DNA of 64,000 nt from a virus (IMGVR_UViG_3300030372_002245:568-64567), one strand, 5' to 3'. Positions 36,889 through 45,335 are shown, numbered from the stretch's first letter. The notes: a model not told the origin generated them from the sequence alone. Numbers and translations: made by a program.

Positions 36889-37337
36889 TGGCACACGTTG
36901 AAATTATCGTTAAAGATCAACGACTTAAAGAGTACGGATTGCCGAAGTTTGCGACCACAGGTTCCGCAGGACTAGACCTGCGAGCACTCGAAAGGGTGGA
37001 GCTCGGATCGGGAGACCAACACGCATTTAATCTAGGTTTCGCGATTGCTCTACCTTTCGGGAGTTTTGCTCTACTCGCTCCCAGATCTAGTTTAGGTATT
37101 CGTGGCATTCATCTGGCAAATTTGGTGGGTATTATCGACAGCGATTATCAAGGCGAACTTATTGTTCATTTGAAAAACAACTCTAGGCATCCCGAACCCT
37201 ATATCGTTGAAGAAGGTCAGCGGATTGCTCAACTGCTCGTATTGCAATATCATCCTGTGGTTTGGGAAGTCGTTGATAAATTTAGTTATTCCTCTGAACG
37301 CGGTGAAGGTGGGTTCGGAAGTACGGGTACTCGCTAA
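36885..37337 (+). CDS. dut: Trimeric dUTPase
   Basis: All five motifs: AGLDL, PRSS, GIIDSDYQGE, RIAQL, RGEGGFGSTG. Confidence 0.95.
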   Translation: MMAHVEIIVKDQRLKEYGLPKFATTGSAGLDLRALERVELGSGDQHAFNLGFAIALPFGSFALLAPRSSLGIRGIHLANLVGIIDSDYQGELIVHLKNNSRHPEPYIVEEGQRIAQLLVLQYHPVVWEVVDKFSYSSERGEGGFGSTGTR

Positions 37338-37370
37338 CTGCTTTACACTCGTTTTGCTGTTACTTATAAT
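37337..37370 (+). promoter_or_regulatory. Early-type promoter
   Basis: ACTGC-TTTACA-17-TATAAT. Confidence 0.85.
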
Positions 37371-37410
37371 ATAAGGGTACTTAAAACAATAAATTAGAAA
37401 GGAGAAAGCC

Positions 37411-37659
37411 ATGTCGAAAGACAACGAAAAACAACCACTAACCCTACACGAGAGCGGATTCTTTGCAACTTATGATTCCCTGGACGAGGTCATGAAATTT
37501 ATGACTAGCTACGGAGGCAAGGAAAATGCTTACCTTTGTGCAATGACACAGGCATTTACCATAAACACGCTCGTCAAAATAATGGACGAACAGTGTGACG
37601 GTACTGCAATCGCTAAAAGAGCCAAGCCTATCCTCAACATACGGGAGGCAAAGTCATGA
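37411..37659 (+). CDS. Hypothetical protein
   Basis: Consensus RBS. Confidence 0.7.
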   Translation: MSKDNEKQPLTLHESGFFATYDSLDEVMKFMTSYGGKENAYLCAMTQAFTINTLVKIMDEQCDGTAIAKRAKPILNIREAKS

Positions 37660-37943
37660 GCGAATCTATAATAACTCAATTATTAAATGAATCACAACTT
37701 ACCGAACAAAAGAAAGATCTTTTGGTAGGCGAGATCTGTGCAGAATACGAGCGTTTAAGATATAACGGCACTGAAAAGCAAGTGATGCGTATATACGAGA
37801 GTGAGCGAAACGGGAACGAGGACAACTATATCCGAGAAAAAACACGAAAGTATTTTAGATCGGGCGAGGGGTTTGCCTCATATCTTGAAACAGCAAGGCT
37901 ATACACACTCGGTGAGATATTACGGGAGAACGTAGATGACTAA
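37656..37943 (+). CDS. Hypothetical protein
   Basis: ATGA overlap with GGAGG RBS. Confidence 0.65.
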   Translation: MSESIITQLLNESQLTEQKKDLLVGEICAEYERLRYNGTEKQVMRIYESERNGNEDNYIREKTRKYFRSGEGFASYLETARLYTLGEILRENVDD

Positions 37944-38196
37944 ATATAAACATATATATAGAGTATCTGAGCAGACTGTAGATGTGAGAAAATTCACTAT
38001 TGAAACCGATAAACCATTTACTGACAATGATGATGACGGACAACCTTATATTCTTGACGCTATATGTGAAGTTAGTATTACCAAAGAAGGAGATACGAAA
38101 ACAGGTACGACAGATGACGGAGTTAATTACAAAGTCACTTATGTTGATACAGATTATGGTGATGATGGACAAATAGATTGGGAGTATGAGGAATGA
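37936..38196 (+). CDS. Acidic hypothetical protein
   Basis: GGGAG RBS; coupled. Confidence 0.65.
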   Translation: MTKYKHIYRVSEQTVDVRKFTIETDKPFTDNDDDGQPYILDAICEVSITKEGDTKTGTTDDGVNYKVTYVDTDYGDDGQIDWEYEE

Positions 38197-38390
38197 CGAA
38201 TCAAGAAGAAATCAGTAATGCTTTGTTTAATTGTTTAGATATAAAAGGAACGCTTGAATCACACAACCTTATGAACACTACTAGAGTTCATGGTGGAACA
38301 GAGAATGAAGATACACTCGGAGATTTAATATCTGATGTCATTTTATTTTTAGAAAAACTAGAGGAGGTGTCCAATGAGCACACGAAGTAA
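38193..38390 (+). CDS. Hypothetical protein
   Basis: ATGA overlap. Confidence 0.6.
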   Translation: MTNQEEISNALFNCLDIKGTLESHNLMNTTRVHGGTENEDTLGDLISDVILFLEKLEEVSNEHTK

Positions 38391-38835
38391 TATCGTATAC
38401 AATACGGGCGACTCGGTCAGGGCTATCTACTGTCACCACGACGGTTATTTAGATCATAACGGACGAATTTTGTTCGAGCATTATAACAGCGAGGATAAAG
38501 TTGAGGCGCTTATCGAATTAGGCGACTTTAGCAGTTTAAAGCCTACCCTCGAAGAGACTCGCAAAAAACTGATGAACTGCGAACAAGAAACATATTACTC
38601 ACTCAACCACTATATGCACCAAGTCGACGGCTGTAATATCGAATATATCTACCTTTGGGATAAATATATGTGGTGGATCTCTCGGAGTGTTGCACTTAAT
38701 CTATGGGATCGTTCCGAATATGAGAAAGGCTACAAGGAATGGATCTTTTACCATTCTAAATTTGAGCCACTCGCCCAAGAACTCGCCCAGTGGGACTTAG
38801 ATAACCCTACAGACGAGCAGGGGCAGTATGTCTAG
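38374..38835 (+). CDS. Conserved phage hypothetical protein
   Basis: MSTRS.I...IYCHHDGY...GRIL..HY...LIELGD.SSL...EYIYL pattern; GGAGG RBS. Confidence 0.75.
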   Translation: MSTRSNIVYNTGDSVRAIYCHHDGYLDHNGRILFEHYNSEDKVEALIELGDFSSLKPTLEETRKKLMNCEQETYYSLNHYMHQVDGCNIEYIYLWDKYMWWISRSVALNLWDRSEYEKGYKEWIFYHSKFEPLAQELAQWDLDNPTDEQGQYV

Positions 38836-38843
38836 GCTCTTGT

Positions 38844-38877
38844 ACTGCTTTATAATCGGCTTGTTGTACCTTATAAT
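38844..38877 (+). promoter_or_regulatory. Early-type promoter
   Basis: ACTGC-TTTATA-17-TATAAT. Confidence 0.85.
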
Positions 38878-38917
38878 ATAGGGGTACTTAAACAAAATAC
38901 TAGAAAGGGAGAAAGTT

Positions 38918-39262
38918 ATGATAATGCCAAAAGATACCGAATGGTTGAGACGACGCAAAGCCGAGACTAAACGAATCGGTGAAATAGTCAGCGAGGTTAT
39001 CCACAGTGACGAAACAAAATGGGAATACGTGACTGGCGGCACCGACCGAACAAGTCTACATATACCGATTGACGAGATCGTTGTCAGTGGACGATGGGGT
39101 CATTTAAAGTTAGGTCATCCTCAAACAGGCACTCGCAGAAGTGACGATTACTATTACTGCACTCACCGATTTTATATTAATGATACGGGTCACTGGGTGG
39201 TTTACTACGATATCTACCGATACGAGCGATTCGTTAGAGGTATCGATGGTGAGAAAATTTAA
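38918..39262 (+). CDS. Hypothetical protein
   Basis: Consensus RBS. Confidence 0.7.
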   Translation: MIMPKDTEWLRRRKAETKRIGEIVSEVIHSDETKWEYVTGGTDRTSLHIPIDEIVVSGRWGHLKLGHPQTGTRRSDDYYYCTHRFYINDTGHWVVYYDIYRYERFVRGIDGEKI

Positions 39263-39288
39263 CTAAAACAATAATATAGGAGAAAGTT

Positions 39289-39546
39289 ATGTACTTTGAA
39301 TTAGTAGAAGAAGAAACAAAACAAGAACCGACCCTTGCCGAAATGGTCGAAACAATGTCTCAGGACAGAGGGTTGAAACCTTACGTCACTCGGAGCCGAT
39401 TTTACAATATGGAGATCGTTCTGAGGGAGGGTAAGCGACTCGCTCGAACGAAAAATCGCACTAAAAGCCCATACCACACATTCTGGGTCGACGACGAGCT
39501 CTACAAAGAATACCTTGCCGAGGGCAGAAAGCCCGTGGAGGTGTAG
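39289..39546 (+). CDS. Hypothetical protein
   Basis: TAGGAGAAAG RBS. Confidence 0.7.
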   Translation: MYFELVEEETKQEPTLAEMVETMSQDRGLKPYVTRSRFYNMEIVLREGKRLARTKNRTKSPYHTFWVDDELYKEYLAEGRKPVEV

Positions 39547-39547
39547 T

Positions 39548-40084
39548 ATGGAAGATTTAAAGAAAGTTGTTAATTTTTTACAGCCCGTAGTTAAGTCGAT
39601 TAATAAACACCACAATCAATTTTACGAGTGTGATTACTTCACTGTAGCACCTGAGGATTTATTATTGGATGAGGAGAGTTTATCACTGGTCGAATTTATG
39701 ACCGCAGATAAAAATCTACCCGAACATTTCAACGGAGAGATTCCTTTAATACACATGCGCTGGGGCGAAGAGACGGGCGCGAGTATAGTGCTCTTGCTCA
39801 CCCCAGAGCACCAAAAACTACTCGACTCTGTGACACATACGGCGCTTATGGGTACAGTATTTGAGGAGCGACTGACTGCAGTTTTACTCACCCACGAGTA
39901 TTATCAAACAACGGCAGGTTTCGGAGTGTTCGACCGTATACATGCGGAAGACTGGATGTACAACCATCACGATGCTACGGCGAGAGAAGAATACATTTTT
40001 TATAAGAGTCTCAACTTTATTCTTGAGGAACTTGGGCTGAGTTATATTAAAAACGATTGTGTTCACAAGCCGTGGGAGGTGTAG
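39548..40084 (+). CDS. Hypothetical protein, paralog family B copy 1
   Basis: Start at MEDLKK after GGAGG; aligns with 42421. Confidence 0.7.
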   Translation: MEDLKKVVNFLQPVVKSINKHHNQFYECDYFTVAPEDLLLDEESLSLVEFMTADKNLPEHFNGEIPLIHMRWGEETGASIVLLLTPEHQKLLDSVTHTALMGTVFEERLTAVLLTHEYYQTTAGFGVFDRIHAEDWMYNHHDATAREEYIFYKSLNFILEELGLSYIKNDCVHKPWEV

Positions 40085-40085
40085 A

Positions 40086-40430
40086 GTGAAAGAACCTAAA
40101 TTATACAAGCTCTACTTCGAATACAGGCACGAGGTTCAACCGAAAGATGAGGTCTTCGTTTGCATTTGCCGAGCCGAGCAAGTAGAAAAGATAATGAAAC
40201 ATTATTATGAACTCTGGGACGAAATTGTGGAGAGACAAATCTGCAGGACTTTGAACGAATACTCTATCGAAGAACTAACAAACGATCCAGTATTACAGGG
40301 TTGGGAATCGTTCGAGGGAGTGATACTTGAGGATCTCGAACCAGAACCAGGAAAGCGCTTTTATTATTGGGAAGACGGAGTAGATGGATACACGCTCGAG
40401 CCTATCCTAAACGTCGGTGGCGGTTCGTAG
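40086..40430 (+). CDS. Acidic hypothetical protein
   Basis: GTG start after GGAGG. Confidence 0.6.
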   Translation: MKEPKLYKLYFEYRHEVQPKDEVFVCICRAEQVEKIMKHYYELWDEIVERQICRTLNEYSIEELTNDPVLQGWESFEGVILEDLEPEPGKRFYYWEDGVDGYTLEPILNVGGGS

Positions 40431-40431
40431 G

Positions 40432-40464
40432 CTGCTTTATAATCGCTTTACTGTACCCTATAAT
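40432..40464 (+). promoter_or_regulatory. Early-type promoter
   Basis: CTGC-TTTATA-17-TATAAT, followed by a GC hairpin CCCGC/GCGGG. Confidence 0.85.
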
Positions 40465-40525
40465 AGGGGGGTACCCGCGCTAGGGCGGGATTTAAAACAA
40501 AAAATACATAGAAAGGGAGAAAGAA

Positions 40526-40777
40526 ATGTACGATTGGAAAAAACTAACCGATGCCATCGAATATCAGAAAAGTTGGAATACTCGGGATTGTATGGAAGAT
40601 AAGACCTTACGAGAATTTGCCGAAACTTGCGAGTATTTCGAGTTAGGCGATATGGTGGATGTAGCGATTGCTACGATAGAGGGAGATCTATACTTACTGA
40701 TAGATTGGGAAGAAGATGATGCAGCAGAAGAGACTGAAAAATCTGTAGCATTTAGAATCAAAACGATAAATAAATAG
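40526..40777 (+). CDS. Hypothetical protein
   Basis: Consensus RBS. Confidence 0.7.
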   Translation: MYDWKKLTDAIEYQKSWNTRDCMEDKTLREFAETCEYFELGDMVDVAIATIEGDLYLLIDWEEDDAAEETEKSVAFRIKTINK

Positions 40778-40790
40778 AAAGGAGAAAGAG

Positions 40791-41036
40791 ATGGAATTAT
40801 TTGAATTAAGGGTTTATCCCAAACCAGAAGACGCTTACGAAGACAACGGAGTGTTTATTACAGTAGCCGATAAGATTACTCTCGAAAAGGTAGACGAAAT
40901 ACTAGGTCATTATTTCAAACAGGAAGCCATAGAAAAAGCTGAGGTAGTCGCAGTCAGCCATACCGATGAAAAGAAATACTTCGCACCCAGAGACGGGTTC
41001 GATTGGATGGAAATTAACGAAACTAATAATATATAG
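40791..41036 (+). CDS. Hypothetical protein
   Basis: Consensus RBS. Confidence 0.7.
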   Translation: MELFELRVYPKPEDAYEDNGVFITVADKITLEKVDEILGHYFKQEAIEKAEVVAVSHTDEKKYFAPRDGFDWMEINETNNI

Positions 41037-41050
41037 AAAGGGAGAAAGAA

Positions 41051-41269
41051 ATGTTAGAAAACATCGAAACAATCAAAAAGGGGACCAAGCTGATTACAAA
41101 CCAGCTGTTCGGGATCCCGACTAGAGCCATAGCTATGGAAAGTATCAAGCAAGGACGCGGACTGAAACAGTATTTACTTTGCGATGTCAAGGGAGCCGAG
41201 AAAGGATTCTTCGACGAGTGCGGTAGCGTACCAGTAAGTAACATCATTGCAATCGTGGAGGAGGACTGA
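41051..41269 (+). CDS. Hypothetical protein
   Basis: Consensus RBS; GFFDECGSV motif. Confidence 0.7.
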   Translation: MLENIETIKKGTKLITNQLFGIPTRAIAMESIKQGRGLKQYLLCDVKGAEKGFFDECGSVPVSNIIAIVEED

Positions 41270-41270
41270 T

Positions 41271-41621
41271 ATGAAAATATACGAAATATATGCAAACGAC
41301 GAGCTTTGGGACGAGACCAGTTGCCCGTTTGGGACTCAGGTATTGAACCGTGAAACATACAAGCCGCTAGAAATGTCCGAGTTAGATATATACAAATTGT
41401 GCGAACAGTTGAGTGCTGCAAATATAAAGTTTACTGACTCAAAAGATAAGCTACATATAGACATGCAATGGGAAGACGAAGATTATCTTTCACATTACGA
41501 AATTTGGAATGTACTATACGCTTACGAAGGATATATTTACAGTATAAAGATGGCTTGGATTGACGGATGTTATGGATATACCATGACCAGAGAACCACAA
41601 TTTAACAAAAAGTATTTATAG
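41271..41621 (+). CDS. Hypothetical protein
   Basis: GGAGGAGG RBS before ATG 41271. Confidence 0.7.
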   Translation: MKIYEIYANDELWDETSCPFGTQVLNRETYKPLEMSELDIYKLCEQLSAANIKFTDSKDKLHIDMQWEDEDYLSHYEIWNVLYAYEGYIYSIKMAWIDGCYGYTMTREPQFNKKYL

Positions 41622-41635
41622 AAAGGGAGAAAGAT

Positions 41636-41860
41636 ATGGATAAAGTAGAATACTTAGAGGAACAGACGTTCTTCAACAACGGTCAGTTCACCGAAGCTGA
41701 GATGGACCTTATGAACGAGGCACTTAACCATTTTCTACAACACCTGAGTCGTAGACAAACTAGAGCTGTCGGATTACCTACAATTAGTGTAGCCATCAGG
41801 GAGTCCGTAAAGATCGAAGAAGTAGAAGATTTAATCCAAAAGCTCCAGGAGGGCAGTTGA
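41636..41860 (+). CDS. Hypothetical protein
   Basis: Consensus RBS. Confidence 0.7.
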   Translation: MDKVEYLEEQTFFNNGQFTEAEMDLMNEALNHFLQHLSRRQTRAVGLPTISVAIRESVKIEEVEDLIQKLQEGS

Positions 41861-41861
41861 T

Positions 41862-42392
41862 ATGAAATCACCTTACCAAACTTATGAACAGCTAGGAAAC
41901 AGAGTTCCGCGATACCTTGCGGATGAATTTGGAATAGATTCAATGTCGGCGACAGCAGCGGAGGACTACATTAGATTGGCAAAACTTGAGCCAGTGCCCG
42001 TTCCTACAAAACAACAGGCATCCTATCCAGGAGACCGAACGACATGGTATGTCGATCCGAAAAGAACGCAAGCATTCAAACTATTAATAACCGCAGGGAC
42101 AGCGGACAAGCTACTCCCAAAGAAAAATAAGCAAGTACCGAAATATGTTAACAATAAACTCAAGGAGGCAGTTGATATGTTACCACCAAAAGTAAAACTC
42201 GAGGAAGATGAGAGAAAAGAAATCACTCAACTAACTATAAACTCGAAGATATCACCAAACCATGCCGAAATAGTCGAAGACATCACCAATATCAGGGATA
42301 TGCTCGAGCAGCAGACAGGGATGTACATCAGCGCTCCAAATGTAATACGAGCGTGTATCAAAGCATGGTACGACCTTAACAATAATGGATAA
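41862..42392 (+). CDS. Hypothetical protein, possible C-terminal DNA-binding motif
   Basis: GGAGG RBS; 176 aa. Confidence 0.65.
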   Translation: MKSPYQTYEQLGNRVPRYLADEFGIDSMSATAAEDYIRLAKLEPVPVPTKQQASYPGDRTTWYVDPKRTQAFKLLITAGTADKLLPKKNKQVPKYVNNKLKEAVDMLPPKVKLEEDERKEITQLTINSKISPNHAEIVEDITNIRDMLEQQTGMYISAPNVIRACIKAWYDLNNNG

Positions 42393-42420
42393 CTTAACTA
42401 GCGCGTGGAGGCGCAGTATT

Positions 42421-42984
42421 ATGGAAGCAAGAGAAATAAAAACAGAAATGAATAACCTACAACAATATGTTGAATACGTTCAGCCAGTGGTCGGTGAGAT
42501 AAGAAGATATCACAATGTATACCACAGCATTCAATACCTGAACGTAAGAGCAGAGGACATATATGCGGAAGGCGGTTATATAGAGTTTCGCACCGAGAGC
42601 GATCTCAAAGAAGCTATTCCTATGATTTACGCTAATACGCGAGAAGAGAGTGGCGGTCATTTGATCATGGAAATAGCTCCCGAACAGCGAGAGTTACTCA
42701 GTTCAGAGGTGCTCAGCGTAATTCACGGAGACGGTTGGAACACCGATTGGAAACAGTGGTGGAACAAAACAGCTGACCAAACGGTTTATCTACTCATGGA
42801 TCACGGGGGTATCAGTGAAAGAGATTTTACGGGCTTTTATCCATCTGACGACTTTGCAGATACAGTAGATATCAACTCAGCCTTGAGATTTATCACTCAT
42901 AGATTAGGTCTCAACTATCTGATAGATATATCCGAGATATACAACGGAGGGATAGCAGAGTTTATAGACGACCAGAGTAAATAA
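42421..42984 (+). CDS. Hypothetical protein, paralog family B copy 2
   Basis: GGAGG upstream of ATG 42421; aligns with 39548. Confidence 0.7.
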   Translation: MEAREIKTEMNNLQQYVEYVQPVVGEIRRYHNVYHSIQYLNVRAEDIYAEGGYIEFRTESDLKEAIPMIYANTREESGGHLIMEIAPEQRELLSSEVLSVIHGDGWNTDWKQWWNKTADQTVYLLMDHGGISERDFTGFYPSDDFADTVDINSALRFITHRLGLNYLIDISEIYNGGIAEFIDDQSK

Positions 42985-43012
42985 ATCTCCCCCAAAGATC
43001 ACTCTGTGGTCG

Positions 43013-43044
43013 CCCCCGATTGTCTGACAGTCGGGGGTTTTTTC
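43013..43044 (+). terminator. Intrinsic terminator ending the early region
   Basis: CCCCCGA...TCGGGGG followed by T7. Confidence 0.9.
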
Positions 43045-43067
43045 GTTATTGAATCTATTGGTATTGT

Positions 43068-43245
43068 TTTTCTGGAAAATAAAAAAGTTTTTGAAAAAAG
43101 TTTTTCAAATGTACTAATATCTCTAATAGAGTAATAGATTCACTCTACAGTCCTCTTGTTCACTGGGTTCTTTCAAATGTCAAAAGTAATAGATTTTCTA
43201 TTAGTTATTAGAAACTATGGTAAGATTCACTAGAGGGCATGAGAA
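43068..43245 (+). repeat. Iteron-like element copy 2 upstream of terS
   Basis: TAATAGA/TCTATTAG boxes; blocks shared with the reverse complement of 19091-19255. Confidence 0.75.
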
Positions 43246-43300
43246 AAGTATATAAAATGAGTATTTTATAATAAGATTGTAATAGCATTTGGAGAACCTT

Positions 43301-43834
43301 ATGAAACAACTGACTTACACAAATTTGGTCCCTGCAGAGGATGGAAATGGCTTCGTTGATGAGAACGGTAAGATTTGGAAGCAACTCAACTCAAAACAAA
43401 AGAAATTTTGCCGTGAGTATATGAAAGGTCAAACCGCTACGCAAGCCGCGATAAAAGCGGGATATACCAAGGATCGCAAGGGTGCCAAGACTCAAGGGAG
43501 TGTATTACTAAACCATAACCCAGTTGTACGCAATTATTTGATTGAGTTGGAAATGGCACTCGCAGAGCGGGATGCAGTTTCCTTAGAGAGCCACTTATCC
43601 ACCCTCCACGATCTACGGGAGGAGGCAAGGGACCAAGGACAGGTGTCCGCGGCTATCACAGCCGAAGTCCATCGAGGGAAGGCGGGCGGACTGTACATCG
43701 ACCGACGCGAAATACTGACCGCAAAGATCGATATGATGTCCAAGGACGACATACTCACTCGACTCGAGGAGCTGATCAAGAAGCGAGCGACCGAGTCAAA
43801 CGTGATCGAGGGAGAGTTTGTACCCAAAAACTGA
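43301..43834 (+). CDS. terS: Terminase small subunit
   Basis: LNSKQKKFCREYMKGQTATQAAIKAGY HTH motif; GGAG RBS before ATG 43301. Confidence 0.85.
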   Translation: MKQLTYTNLVPAEDGNGFVDENGKIWKQLNSKQKKFCREYMKGQTATQAAIKAGYTKDRKGAKTQGSVLLNHNPVVRNYLIELEMALAERDAVSLESHLSTLHDLREEARDQGQVSAAITAEVHRGKAGGLYIDRREILTAKIDMMSKDDILTRLEELIKKRATESNVIEGEFVPKN

Positions 43835-43835
43835 T

Positions 43836-43935
43836 TGGATCCAATTGCTCTACTCTACTCTACTCCATACAATTGCATCCAATTGCTTGAGCCCAATCCC
43901 TTGCCCTGACTCTTTCCCTCGCTCTTTCGGTCCGT
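43836..43935. repeat. Pyrimidine-rich CTCTA/CAATTG repeat tract 1
   Basis: (CTCTA)3 at 43848, ATCCAATTGC x2, TTGAGCCCAATC at 43887. Confidence 0.85.
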
Positions 43936-43974
43936 GGCTCGCGGTCCAGGATCGGCGGTTCGTGGATTGATTAC

Positions 43975-44008
43975 ACTGCTTTACTTTGCAACAGTTCTTT
44001 AGTACAAT
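43975..44008 (+). promoter_or_regulatory. Early-type promoter
   Basis: ACTGC-TTTACT-17-TACAAT. Confidence 0.75.
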
Positions 44009-44066
44009 TCTTATATGGTAGCAAAAGGGTTGTTACCAAACCTAGAAAGTAGAAACGGAGAAAGAA

Positions 44067-44411
44067 ATGAACCAAACTACGAAAAAAGCGGATACTGCTT
44101 CAAAAGTATCAAAAATAGATTCGAATTACAAAGCACCGATTGGTCGCAGTACTTCGAGCAATGCAACGGTTGAATTACTTAGAACACCAGTCGCAACCGA
44201 TAAAGTTCCACCGCAAATGGGGAAAATTATCGAAGCGTTGGTTGTTTCCAAAAGTAATACACTGACTGTCAGAGAGTTGATTGGTGAGAACGAATCAGGT
44301 CTTAACAGTGCGCTGGATGCAATCGGACTAGAGACAGAGCAGACACCTGCTAGGATCTGGTCATTCTACCGCAAGCGATTGATTAAAGAAGGTTTCATCA
44401 ACATTAGTTGA
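44067..44411 (+). CDS. Paralog family A copy 2
   Basis: PPQM...LETEQTPARIWSFYRKRLIKEGF; own promoter and terminator. Confidence 0.75.
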   Translation: MNQTTKKADTASKVSKIDSNYKAPIGRSTSSNATVELLRTPVATDKVPPQMGKIIEALVVSKSNTLTVRELIGENESGLNSALDAIGLETEQTPARIWSFYRKRLIKEGFINIS

Positions 44412-44426
44412 TTGAGCCCAATCGCA

Positions 44427-44459
44427 AGGAGTCGATCGAAAGGTCGGCTCCTTTTTTTT
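44427..44459 (+). terminator. Intrinsic terminator
   Basis: AGGAGTCGAT-CGAAAG-GTCGGCTCCT followed by a T run. Confidence 0.85.
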
Positions 44460-44636
44460 GCTCTACTCTACTCTATCACTCTACTCTATCCATCACTCTA
44501 TCGCTCGCTCTATCCCTCGCCCTTTCACTCTATCCCTGACCCAATCACTCTACTCTATCGGTCTACTCTATCGATCCGTCTTTCGTTCCGTGCGTCCCTC
44601 GCTCCTTGGATCCTTCCGTGCGTCCGTCCGTCCTAA
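44460..44636. repeat. Pyrimidine-rich CTCTA/TCCG repeat tract 2
   Basis: Multiple CTCTACTCTATC and TCCGT units; strongly C/T-skewed + strand. Confidence 0.9.
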
Positions 44637-44688
44637 AATCTTAGTTGTTAGCCTAGTAGCCTAGTAGGTTAATTAATTAATATATATC

Positions 44689-44716
44689 TTGACATAGTCA
44701 GTCAGTAGTCCATACT
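44689..44716 (+). promoter_or_regulatory. Sigma70-like promoter
   Basis: TTGACA-16-CATACT. Confidence 0.55.
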
Positions 44717-44762
44717 GTGTATACCTTAGATAACTAAGGCAACGACATATAAAGGAATAATC

Positions 44763-45185
44763 ATGTCAAACAATAATACAAAGTCAGTTAAGACTCAAAA
44801 AACAAGTAAGTATGACTTTAACGCACTTAAGCAACAAGCCCGTAAGGGAAGCAAGGGTGGATCATTAAGCCCTACTACAAGGGTTAAAATTGACCCTGAG
44901 AAGTTTATAGCTTTTCATACTAGGCTACCTGCTCAACCGGCTATATGGTTTACTGAAGCGTTTGAACGTCAAGAAACTACAGGCATCTCACCTACTATTA
45001 AGGAGATGAATGACTGGTGGACTGATAGTGAAAACTATGATGAGTCAGGTAAGAACGGGTATAAGCAAGATACAGGTGAGTTTATGCCTACTTACTACAC
45101 ACCTAGCGGGGCAACTAAGCTACTAACTAAACGCCTATTAAAAGGTGAAGATGATGTAGCTAACTTCGTTAGATTCGTAAGCTAA
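44763..45185 (+). CDS. Basic hypothetical protein, possible distant member of family A
   Basis: Standalone unit; K-rich N-terminus, LPAQ, YKQD...YY...KRLL. Confidence 0.65.
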   Translation: MSNNNTKSVKTQKTSKYDFNALKQQARKGSKGGSLSPTTRVKIDPEKFIAFHTRLPAQPAIWFTEAFERQETTGISPTIKEMNDWWTDSENYDESGKNGYKQDTGEFMPTYYTPSGATKLLTKRLLKGEDDVANFVRFVS

Positions 45186-45206
45186 CCATTAACTATAACT
45201 ACAACG

Positions 45207-45235
45207 GGGCTAGGCTAATAACCTAGCCCTTTTTT
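45207..45235 (+). terminator. Intrinsic terminator
   Basis: GGGCTAGG-ctaataa-CCTAGCCC followed by T6. Confidence 0.9.
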
Positions 45236-45335
45236 CATGCCTATTCTATATCTACTCTATCCCTTAGACCTAGTCATTTAACCGCTAATCAATTCCTAAC
45301 ACTACTCTATACCTTACCCCTAAGTAAAGTAGTAA

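Noticed and set aside
44417-44445. Apparent echo of the 44067 gene's C-terminal codons in its terminator (CGCAAG...GAT..AA.AGGT)
   Set aside because: Too short and not conserved at protein level; probably chance.
43836-44636. CRISPR array or mini-array in the repeat tracts
   Set aside because: Units are 5-12-nt degenerate repeats without constant-length unique spacers; no cas genes.
44412-44664. ORFs 44412-44636 and 44458-44664 as real genes
   Set aside because: They span a terminator and a low-complexity CT tract and lack an RBS.
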